64,000 nt of DNA, from contig CAWGZR010000004.1 of the NCBI GenBank assembly GCA_963827165.1, forward strand, positions 64,001-128,000, written 5' to 3'. The position numbers were made by a program, and so were the translations under genes. Every line of letters starts with the position of its first letter. Within the stretch, counting starts at the first letter, position 1. This document shows, in pieces, positions 9,736 through 17,305 of this stretch. The notes beneath the pieces are model-generated. The model saw only the letters and a program-made list of their open reading frames with translations, searched no databases and had not been told where the DNA came from. Source of the stretch: Candidatus Bathyarchaeota archaeon (lineage in GTDB: Archaea > Thermoproteota > Bathyarchaeia > Bathyarchaeales > Bathycorpusculaceae).

Positions 9736-10431
9736 TTGATCGCTTCAAAAAAGCTCTGGAAAAGTGAGCACTTTAAGACCGCAGTCGCCATAACCCTTGT
9801 CATCGCCATTGTTTTAGGTTTGTTCTTAGGTCTGAGAGCTTTCTTAAACACGCCTGACCCAGCCCTAACTGTTGTAAGCGGCAGCATGAGTATTCCTTAC
9901 GGCGGCTCCGACAACGACTTCTGGCGAACCATAGCCACACCCTTCGATCGCACCCTCAGCGTCGGCGATATCATAATCGTTCAAGGGGTAAATCCTGCGG
10001 ATTTGAAGGCTAATTATCCCAATAGTGACATAATTGTTTACCACGAGCCAGGAGACCTAAACACACTAATTGTCCACCGAATAGTTTCAAAACAAGAAAT
10101 TAATGGCGTATGGTACTTCCAGACGAAGGGCGACGGCAACGGGCAGCAATGGCCAGCAACCCCTTCTCCCGACCAGTATGACAGCCACACCATTTGGAAT
10201 AGTCCTCAGTACAGTAATACGGGGATTCCCCAAAGCTACGTTGTCGGTAAAGTGGTTATGCGTATTCCTTGGTTTGGTTGGGTAACGATATTTGTTAAAG
10301 ATAATCCGTGGGGACTGCCCATTATATTAGCCCTTATAATTTTGGTTGCGGTCCTTGAGTTTGTATTACCCGAGTTGAGGAAAAAGACCTCTGCAAGCTC
10401 GAAGACAAGTCTATGCATAAAATTTCCTTGA
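9736..10431 (+). CDS. sec11: Archaeal signal peptidase I (S26B, Sec11-type)
   Basis: N-terminal TM; catalytic Ser in VVSGSM; GDIIIV; His in IVHRIV; TKGDGN; VVGKV...IPWFGWV; C-terminal TM. Confidence 0.88.
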   Translation: MIASKKLWKSEHFKTAVAITLVIAIVLGLFLGLRAFLNTPDPALTVVSGSMSIPYGGSDNDFWRTIATPFDRTLSVGDIIIVQGVNPADLKANYPNSDIIVYHEPGDLNTLIVHRIVSKQEINGVWYFQTKGDGNGQQWPATPSPDQYDSHTIWNSPQYSNTGIPQSYVVGKVVMRIPWFGWVTIFVKDNPWGLPIILALIILVAVLEFVLPELRKKTSASSKTSLCIKFP

Positions 10432-10446
10432 CTGAGACTAAGTCAA
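10428..10446. repeat. Palindromic element TTGACT-N7-AGTCAA, copy 2
   Basis: TTGACT gagacta AGTCAA; supplies the TGA stop codon of the signal peptidase gene. Confidence 0.7.
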
Positions 10447-10508
10447 AGTCCGGACTAAGTTACAGTTGTGCTTTTTGCTATCGCTTGTTATTTCCAAAGT
10501 AACTGGAC

Positions 10509-10703
10509 CTAAAACTTCTTGATGCCCAAAATAGCCATGAGAACCCCGATTACCATGAAGGCAATAGCGATTACTACTTCTATAAGCCAATTTGTGGAAG
10601 GGCGAATTGATACATTATGTACTAAGCCCATTCCAGAAGCAATTCCCATAACCAATCCCGCTATGAACAACAATATTCCTACTCCTGCAAGTATTCTGTC
10701 CAT
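10509..10703 (-). CDS. Small 2-TM membrane protein
   Basis: 64 aa, two hydrophobic helices, basic C-terminus. Confidence 0.6.
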   Translation of the reverse strand: MDRILAGVGILLFIAGLVMGIASGMGLVHNVSIRPSTNWLIEVVIAIAFMVIGVLMAILGIKKF

Positions 10704-10792
10704 GACACGTTATTTCTGCTCTATGAAGTTTCAAATTTTTTCGTGAACTTCTCACTTACTCAATTTTATTGCGCAGGGGGTTGAGGAGAATT

Positions 10793-11122
10793 CTAAGAAA
10801 GGTTCTGTTTTGTTTCTTTGATTACTACGAAATAGAATATGAAGATTAGATTTATTGCTGTTGACACGAAGAATAGCCAGAAAGGAAGGTTAGGCGTTGA
10901 AAGAAAATAACCAGTGGGTACAAAATTGCCATTGATTAGCCAACCTGCAATATGACCTGAAATCCAAGTTGGATTCATCTGAATTGTACCGAGGTTGCCA
11001 TAGCTGTTAAAATTGCTGTTAAAATAATTCCACATGCTATAATTGACATAAACAAAAAACAGCACTAACAAAACGTTAACAATGATTACTGTTATAATTG
11101 CTCTTCTACGTCGTTTCAACAT
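10793..11122 (-). CDS. Small 2-TM membrane protein (paralog of 8128..8412)
   Basis: Basic N-terminus, TM, extracellular loop, NLPFWLFFVSTAINL TM. Confidence 0.7.
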   Translation of the reverse strand: MLKRRRRAIITVIIVNVLLVLFFVYVNYSMWNYFNSNFNSYGNLGTIQMNPTWISGHIAGWLINGNFVPTGYFLSTPNLPFWLFFVSTAINLIFIFYFVVIKETKQNLS

Positions 11123-11215
11123 TTAGTTTCTAAGTTTGTATTTGTTTTGACCTTGCTTAAAAGATTTTAATTTAAAAAGCGATAGGGAACTATACACTCA
11201 ACCGCGGGAGAATTC

Positions 11216-11320
11216 TATTGCTTCAAGTTAGCGGTTTTTCGATGCCTAAGCATCACGGCAACAGAAAGCAAAGCAAAAAGCGAAGACAAAACTGGTAAAC
11301 AAGATAACTGCGGAACGACG
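11216..11320 (-). pseudogene. Orphan C-terminal membrane-anchor/sorting tail (gene relic)
   Basis: Minus frame reads VPQLSCLPVLSSLFALLSVAVMLRHRKTANLKQ*. 11220-11247 is a 28-bp exact copy of 8551-8578. No start codon or gene body. Confidence 0.65.
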
Positions 11321-11368
11321 ATGTTTTTGAAGAAAATGATGCTTAAGCAGACTTTTATCTCTAAAAAA

Positions 11369-11821
11369 TTACGTTTCTTTGAATCTGTCAGCTGTGACCA
11401 TCATAGCGCCTAAAACAAGCAACACCAAACCGCCGAAGCAAAATACCGCAATGATGATGATACCTATCCCCCGAAAGTCGACATTATACAAAAATTCAAG
11501 AGGACCAAAAATCAAGCCTAAAACAATCATAAAGATTCCTGCCAAAGATATTTTTCCGCCATCAGAATCTTCAAAATATGACGCTCGCTCATGCCACAAC
11601 TGCGGTTTCCCAATTGTAATCTTTGGAAAAGGATAGAGAAATCCAATCACTATACCGATTATTCCAGACAGAATCCAGCCATCGCCATCAGCATACTGGT
11701 CGAATGTTGGAAAAAAAGAGACAAAAGAAATACCTAACGCAACAAATATCACGCCGATAGAAATAATCGCTATTCTCTTTTTTTGAATCGAGTCCATTGT
11801 TTGATAGTAGTACCTGTTCAA
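11369..11821 (-). CDS. 4-TM membrane protein (start may be ATG at 11797)
   Basis: Four hydrophobic segments; no recognisable family. Confidence 0.65.
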   Translation of the reverse strand: MNRYYYQTMDSIQKKRIAIISIGVIFVALGISFVSFFPTFDQYADGDGWILSGIIGIVIGFLYPFPKITIGKPQLWHERASYFEDSDGGKISLAGIFMIVLGLIFGPLEFLYNVDFRGIGIIIIAVFCFGGLVLLVLGAMMVTADRFKET

Positions 11822-11853
11822 ATTTAATTTTTGGGGTTTTGGTCAATGCTTTC

Positions 11854-11871
11854 TTGACTAAGCTAAGTCAA
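11854..11871. repeat. Palindromic element TTGACT-N6-AGTCAA, copy 3
   Basis: TTGACT aagcta AGTCAA, upstream of 11369..11821. Confidence 0.7.
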
Positions 11872-12006
11872 ACTCTCTCAACATAGGATCGAGTGGGTGC
11901 ATATAATCTTGGGAAAAAGTCTACTCACTTTAGTTTAGTGGTTTTTCGTTGTCTAAGCACGGCAACAAAAAAATCATAGAAACCATAAACGTAGTGTTAC
12001 CACGTT

Positions 12007-12417
12007 CTATTCTTGGCTTCCGAACCTTTTTTTCATGCATTCTTCACATAAACCGTTCTTGAACTTTCTTTTTCCTCTGGGTTGAAATAGTTTTCCGCAC
12101 CTGCTGCACTTTATCTGGTTTGCTCCCTTTGGCTCAAGCAGTTTGAGTCTTCTCTCAATCTCAGCTTTAATTTCAGAATCGTCTTCCTTATCCTTTGCAG
12201 CTTTCAACAAAGCTTTAGCTTGTTCCAAGCTTCTGTCTCCGAATAATTTAAGGAAAGCACTATCTGCTTTTCCTTTTCCGAGTTGTGAAGGCAGCATGCA
12301 AACGAAATTCTGAGGATACCCCTTAGATTTACTTGAGTCAACGACGGCGAAACGAAAACTTTTTCGTCCGTTATTTTCATCCGAGTAATACTCAAAAACT
12401 TGTAGCTTGATGTTCAA
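12007..12417 (-). CDS. Conserved hypothetical protein with C-terminal C4 zinc finger (paralog of 32424..32861)
   Basis: RFAVVD...GYPQNFVCMLP core plus CSRC...CEEC. Confidence 0.75.
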   Translation of the reverse strand: MNIKLQVFEYYSDENNGRKSFRFAVVDSSKSKGYPQNFVCMLPSQLGKGKADSAFLKLFGDRSLEQAKALLKAAKDKEDDSEIKAEIERRLKLLEPKGANQIKCSRCGKLFQPRGKRKFKNGLCEECMKKRFGSQE

Positions 12418-12608
12418 TTAGTTAGACCTTGCTTGCAACGTGAGAAACGCGAATCAAGTTATACTTTGCGATTGCTCAAGAGTCAATAAACCATGAATAA
12501 TCTATTGTTTTTCTCGCGATATTCTTTAAAATCTGCTAATTCGTTTCGCCGTTATGTTTTCGTGAACACTTGGCATAGCTTTATTAATTTAGTACGTCCA
12601 TACCGGAA

Positions 12609-12827
12609 TTGGGGAACTTGTTGGATAGGAAAGAAGCGGTTGCTCTGTTGAAAGAAATAGGTATAGAGCAGTTAATCCAACCGTCTTTAGTTCTTGTTGA
12701 AAAGAGGAAACCCGATAGCTACCAACTGAAGATTAAAGGCAACTATGACCTGAAACAAATAACGATATTTCTAAAGAATAGAGGGTTCTCGCTTGAAGAG
12801 AACGAGGATTACTTGGTTATCTTTTAA
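12609..12827 (+). CDS. Small hypothetical protein, 'DRxEA' family (paralog of 23415..23660 and 23856..24119)
   Basis: LDRKEAVALLKEI...YQLKIK...YLVIF pattern shared by three ORFs in this window. Confidence 0.7.
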   Translation: MGNLLDRKEAVALLKEIGIEQLIQPSLVLVEKRKPDSYQLKIKGNYDLKQITIFLKNRGFSLEENEDYLVIF

Positions 12828-13264
12828 CGTGCAGCGATGAGTCTACCAAAAAAGTTATTCCAATCCGCCCATATGGTTCTTTCAGTATTCTTTTCCCAAA
12901 AGTCAATTAGAATCAGTCTTTCGAAATAAAAAGTGAATGTTGCAGAAATGACAAAGAAAAATTCACCCACCGCGAAGAACCCACGGAATGAGCTCGCAAT
13001 AAAAAGGATCCCGAAGAAGGAAACAAACAGAAACCCTAAAAGCCCAGCAACAGTAGCAAATAAGAATTCTTTTGATTCTTGTCCAAGCCATTCACCTTTT
13101 GTCGTTAAACTTTTCAACTGGTTTTTTGTAAACCACCGTCCAGCAAATAACCCAAATGCTAATCCAAACACTGTAGAGACGCCAACAATAATTAACGAAA
13201 ATGGTTTCACATAATTAAGAGTGGCAATTTGATAAAGCAATGCTATGCTGCCGAGAAACAACAA
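12824..13264 (-). CDS. 4-TM membrane protein, possibly frameshifted at its 5' end
   Basis: Hydrophobic helices. An upstream ATG frame (MMTRVKEMTLAG) would join this frame if one G were added in the G4 run at 13279-13282. Confidence 0.6.
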   Translation of the reverse strand: MLFLGSIALLYQIATLNYVKPFSLIIVGVSTVFGLAFGLFAGRWFTKNQLKSLTTKGEWLGQESKEFLFATVAGLLGFLFVSFFGILFIASSFRGFFAVGEFFFVISATFTFYFERLILIDFWEKNTERTIWADWNNFFGRLIAAR

Positions 13265-13454
13265 AGAAATCAGAATAGCCCCGCAAGAGTCATTTCTTTA
13301 ACTCTGGTCATCATGCAACTTACCTTCGCCTAAATTGAATATCAAAGCAGGCGTGATTAATGTTTGCCACTCACCATAAATCTATGCTTGAACTGAGAAA
13401 ATAGGAAACGAAGATAACGAAGTTTAACGTGAATTCTGTAGGCGCAAAATAATT

Positions 13455-13583
13455 ATGAAATGTAAGAACTGCGGGCATCTAATCTGGGTTGTCACCACGA
13501 CAGTTGGCAAAGAAACAGATTACAAACACAAACAAACCAACCATAGCATGTACTGTTCCTGCCGAAAACCTGAACCAAGTTAG
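13455..13583 (+). CDS. Unannotated 42-aa Cys/His microprotein (putative zinc finger)
   Basis: MKCKNCGHLIWVVTTTVGKETDYKHKQTNHSMYCSCRKPEPS*; CxxC and CxC motifs; below the ORF-track length cutoff. Confidence 0.55.
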   Translation: MKCKNCGHLIWVVTTTVGKETDYKHKQTNHSMYCSCRKPEPS

Positions 13584-13707
13584 TATCGGAATAATAGTTT
13601 TTAGGTTCTCAAAAACTTGCTTTTTCAACTGTTTGTAATCTAAAATACATACATACTGTATTCAGCGAAAACTCACTTCGATACCAGTAAAGGAAAGGAA
13701 GTTAGAA

Positions 13708-14454
13708 ATGAATAAGTTGACTATCGCTGGTTTGATATTCGTTATGTTGCTTGCGGCATTATGCACCGTATGGGTAGTTCTCGCAGAGAATTCACAACCA
13801 CAATTCACAGGGCGACGAGTGCAAGAGGGATTGGCGATTGAACCTACGGCTAAGACTAAAAACAACGACCTATACAATGTTTCCCTAACAATCAATGCGT
13901 TTGACACCCAAACAATAAACAAACTTCAGCTCAACGAAAACATTACAGGCTTAACAACGTACGTAAATGGGACATCGGTAAACACGGCAAATCCCCTTCA
14001 AATTAAATTGAATAGCGGCGACTTAATTCAAGTTAACTTTACAATGCCCTGCGCTGAGTATTCCTCGGCGAATGAAATCATGGTGATTTCAACTGATGCT
14101 TTGTACTATATGGGTCTGCCATTATCGTTTCCGGCACCACCATTATCGTTTCAGCCGTATCTTGTCACAGATTTAGGTTGGTACTTGCATAACAGCTCAG
14201 ACCCAGTATCAGGCATGCGGAACAACTTTACAATCTATGGTGATATTACTAATAGAGGTGTGACAGATGCGCAAAATTGCAGTTTAACCATAAAGTTTTA
14301 CAATAATGAAGAATTGCTTCAAACATCAAATATCCCACTTGGAGAAATCAGTGGATTCGATGGTGTTGCTTCTTTGCATTCAAATGTTCCCTGCAGTGTT
14401 GCCGATTCCGTAACAAGAACAGAAATCTCATTAAAGGGAGATAATGTTTCATAA
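13708..14454 (+). CDS. Secreted or N-anchored protein with Ig-like domains
   Basis: N-terminal hydrophobic helix; many N-x-S/T sequons; GDITNRGVTDAQN CARDB-like motif. Confidence 0.65.
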   Translation: MNKLTIAGLIFVMLLAALCTVWVVLAENSQPQFTGRRVQEGLAIEPTAKTKNNDLYNVSLTINAFDTQTINKLQLNENITGLTTYVNGTSVNTANPLQIKLNSGDLIQVNFTMPCAEYSSANEIMVISTDALYYMGLPLSFPAPPLSFQPYLVTDLGWYLHNSSDPVSGMRNNFTIYGDITNRGVTDAQNCSLTIKFYNNEELLQTSNIPLGEISGFDGVASLHSNVPCSVADSVTRTEISLKGDNVS

Positions 14455-14587
14455 AGAGAGATGTGACAATCCAAACTGTCCGTGCAGGAAACCTGAGCCA
14501 TGTTAGTTTCATTATAGCTTTCAAGCTAAAACTTCAAGGAATCTGAGCATTCAGAGATAAATATCCCGGATGAGTCAACTAGAAAGC

Positions 14588-14869
14588 TTAACATAAAGTG
14601 TCAATCATCAAGAAATTCCCATAGTATTCTATTCTTAGTTTGTGGCTTTTAGTATAATCTTCCAACTCACTGAGACATGGTTTCTTAGATAATGCCTTAT
14701 CAGTCAGGACTACGTAGCCGTCTGTTTCATTATGCCAGATGCCCCATTCAGTGAATCCTTTGAAAACTTTTGGGTGACTAAAGGGAAATTTCTTTGAGAA
14801 CTCAATAGCTTCAGCAAAATCCATGCAAATTAACCCAATATGCAGAATAGTTAGGTGCACGTGCATCAT
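14588..14869 (-). CDS. Hypothetical protein
   Basis: Plausible composition from MDFAEAIEFSKKFP onward; no family recognised. Confidence 0.55.
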   Translation of the reverse strand: MMHVHLTILHIGLICMDFAEAIEFSKKFPFSHPKVFKGFTEWGIWHNETDGYVVLTDKALSKKPCLSELEDYTKSHKLRIEYYGNFLMIDTLC

Positions 14870-14986
14870 AAAGAGTTGTGATTACAACACGCAACCACTT
14901 TCTTTGAACTGAAAGTTGAAACGGCAGAATGTGTTCAGATTTTCTGATGGATATGTGTGAGTTAAGAAATATGAAGGCTCGTGGGT

Positions 14987-15280
14987 TTAGTAGGGGATCG
15001 CTGCTTGGTTTCGAGCTTCCTCAACTATGGGCAACACTTGTTTTAGTTCTTTAAAGTATTTCAGAACTGTTATTCCTCGTTGAGTGATCGCAAAGACCGT
15101 TCGTTGTTTCTTTAGTTTGCGTTCTTCTACCAGGCCTTGTTTTAGGAGAAAGTCAAGGTACTCTTTGAGGACACTACAGTTTACATTTGCTTTATACATG
15201 ATGTGGGTTAGTTTTAGTGGTCCTCTTTGAGCAAGGACCGTGAGGATGTCAACGTACATTTCCAGTTTTGATCGTCTCAT
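14987..15280 (-). CDS. Winged-helix DNA-binding protein (HTH_45/DUF4364-like)
   Basis: MRRSKLEMYVDIL...THIMYKANVN...YLDFL...ITQRG, a typical archaeal wHTH signature. Confidence 0.88.
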   Translation of the reverse strand: MRRSKLEMYVDILTVLAQRGPLKLTHIMYKANVNCSVLKEYLDFLLKQGLVEERKLKKQRTVFAITQRGITVLKYFKELKQVLPIVEEARNQAAIPY

Positions 15281-15403
15281 ACTAATCGTTTTATTATTTA
15301 TTCGAAATCAGAATTAACGATATGTGTGTAGTGAAAAACATGTGCATTTAATTCAGCTCATGTTTGAAAGAATCGATATCTGGAAAATAATACAAGCATT
15401 CGA

Positions 15404-16195
15404 TTATTCCTCTTTTTGGTTAAAGAAGCTTTCAAGTTTAGAGTTCTCTGTTTTCCTCAGAACCTCTGCACAGGTTTTGGGATCAAGCGCTTTGAACTCC
15501 AGACCAAGAGTGGCGAGAAGCCTCTGAACATCTTTACCAAGACTTGGAGCAACCAGCACTGCTCGAACAGGGCGGTTTACTTTGGCTTTGATGGGTTCGA
15601 TGTATTTTGCCAGTTGTAGCGCGGCCTCTTTTGAAGCGGTTTTGCGTTTCACTTCGACGATGACGAGGTTCCCGTTTTTGTCTTCGCCATAAACGTCAAC
15701 AAACCCAGGCTCAACTTTTTTCTCCCAGCTGATTGGCTTGAAGCCTTCTTCCAGCAATTCAGGCTTGAGCAGGATGGCGCGGTGCATGTCGTCCTCTGAC
15801 GCGAACAGCAAAAATTCGCCAGAATCGTCAAGGTTCAACGCCGAAACCATCAGCACGTTGGCAAAAGTGATTTTGACGTTTTCCCTTGGCTTCTGCCTGA
15901 CAGCGTGGATTAAAACGGCGTTGTCGTCTGTTTGGACGTGGAAGATGCTTCCCGCTGGCTGCCAATTGACGGGTTCATACCCTACTGGGCGGTGAACAAG
16001 AAGCGACCCGTCGGCTTTTATGATCAGCATGCGTTCTCCAGGTTCAAGCGTGGAGCTTGCTCTCCCAACGTAGTGTACGCTGCAGTTGCCTGCGACGATT
16101 AGGGTTCGTCTCTGCGCAAAGGCTTTTTCGATAAGCTTTGCGGCTTCCGCCAGGGTGGGTTGGGTAAGGACAGAGATTTTGCTGGGTTGTTGCAT
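15404..16195 (-). CDS. nucS: Endonuclease NucS/EndoMS
   Basis: CSVHYVGRASSTL, IIKADGSLLVH, PVNWQP, VDVYGED...IVEVKR, QLAKY motifs. Confidence 0.93.
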   Translation of the reverse strand: MQQPSKISVLTQPTLAEAAKLIEKAFAQRRTLIVAGNCSVHYVGRASSTLEPGERMLIIKADGSLLVHRPVGYEPVNWQPAGSIFHVQTDDNAVLIHAVRQKPRENVKITFANVLMVSALNLDDSGEFLLFASEDDMHRAILLKPELLEEGFKPISWEKKVEPGFVDVYGEDKNGNLVIVEVKRKTASKEAALQLAKYIEPIKAKVNRPVRAVLVAPSLGKDVQRLLATLGLEFKALDPKTCAEVLRKTENSKLESFFNQKEE

Positions 16196-16259
16196 GCTAT
16201 TTCAGCCAACTATTTTAGACAGTGCTTGGGTAGATAAGATTTCTCGAAGGAGACCCATA

Positions 16260-16814
16260 ATGACTGGCTGGAAAGACAAGCGCAGAGTAATGCAACGGTA
16301 CGATTTGACGGCGGACATGTACGCGGAGCGCTATCGGGAGGAGCAGCAGGCAAAGTATGGGGCAGCGTTGGAAAACATTAGTTTGGCGGGTAAACAAGTT
16401 TTGGATGTCGGATGCGGCTCAGGTTTGTTCTTCGGTTATGCATCGGGTTGCGCGAGCATGGTTGTTGGCGTTGATATTTCACGTAAACTGCTCCTTAAAG
16501 CCAACGAAGAGGCGAAGAAGTCGGGGAACGTTTTTGTTTTGTTGGCTGACGCTGACCACTTGCCGTTTTACAAAGGCTTTTTTGACGCTGTTTTCGCTTT
16601 TACGGTTCTTCAAAACATGCCAAAACCTGCAGAAACCTTGATAGAACTAAAGCGGGTCGCGAAGCCAAACGGGAACGTTGTGGTGACTGGGTTAAAGAAG
16701 GCTTTTCCGCTGAAAACGTTTTTGGATGTTCTCGAGGGTACATCATTGCGCCTCACGTCTTTTGTGGACAGAGAAGAATTGAATTGTTACCTGGCAACTC
16801 TAAATGTCCGATAG
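16260..16814 (+). CDS. Class I SAM-dependent methyltransferase
   Basis: VLDVGCGSG motif I, GVDIS, ADADHLPF. Start moved to ATG 16260 (GGAG SD upstream) to avoid overlapping nucS. Confidence 0.88.
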   Translation: MTGWKDKRRVMQRYDLTADMYAERYREEQQAKYGAALENISLAGKQVLDVGCGSGLFFGYASGCASMVVGVDISRKLLLKANEEAKKSGNVFVLLADADHLPFYKGFFDAVFAFTVLQNMPKPAETLIELKRVAKPNGNVVVTGLKKAFPLKTFLDVLEGTSLRLTSFVDREELNCYLATLNVR

Positions 16815-16928
16815 ATGAGGGCCCAAATTCTTTCTGGAGCTTTGCCAGCTGCTAAAGGTTGAGGGGTTTTCCAATATTGATTTTGAATTCATAAGGGCTT
16901 TTTAGGAGATGCCCCAATGTCTCGTTAA

Positions 16929-17168
16929 ATGAGGTCGAATTACATGTTGGAGCAAGAAAATACTAAAAATAGGAAGGCCTTGCGCAACAAGATGGCTGAA
17001 GTATTCAATGAAGAAATCAAAGCCCTACCAGCGGAGGCCCAATACATTCTGCTAGATGATTTAGTCACTGCGTTTGAGAGCCGCCTCTCAATTTTCAGTC
17101 AAACCAAATCGAAGACTCCCTTAGAAGACTTCGAGTTGACCGTGGACAACGAACGAGTCCTAGCTTAA
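16929..17168 (+). CDS. Small hypothetical protein
   Basis: 79 aa helical protein containing ILLDDLVTAFESRL; no family recognised. Confidence 0.6.
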   Translation: MRSNYMLEQENTKNRKALRNKMAEVFNEEIKALPAEAQYILLDDLVTAFESRLSIFSQTKSKTPLEDFELTVDNERVLA

Positions 17169-17305
17169 ACGGCCGTTCAGAATCCGTCGGCAATACTGTT
17201 GCCAAACGAATAGTTAGGTAGAAGTCTTTTCAGCCTAATCGCTTCGCGTTTTATTAAAAAACAAAAAAAGAAAAAAGAAGATAAAGTTGCATTTGACAGA
17301 TGCCA

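Noticed and set aside
8100-12000. Integron cassette array
   Set aside because: No integrase, and no RYYYAAC...GTTRRRY attC structures after the small genes; genes are not all co-oriented.
16086-16259. N-terminal extension of the methyltransferase in the ORF track
   Set aside because: Overlaps nucS on the opposite strand; ATG 16260 has an SD and gives a normal-length protein.
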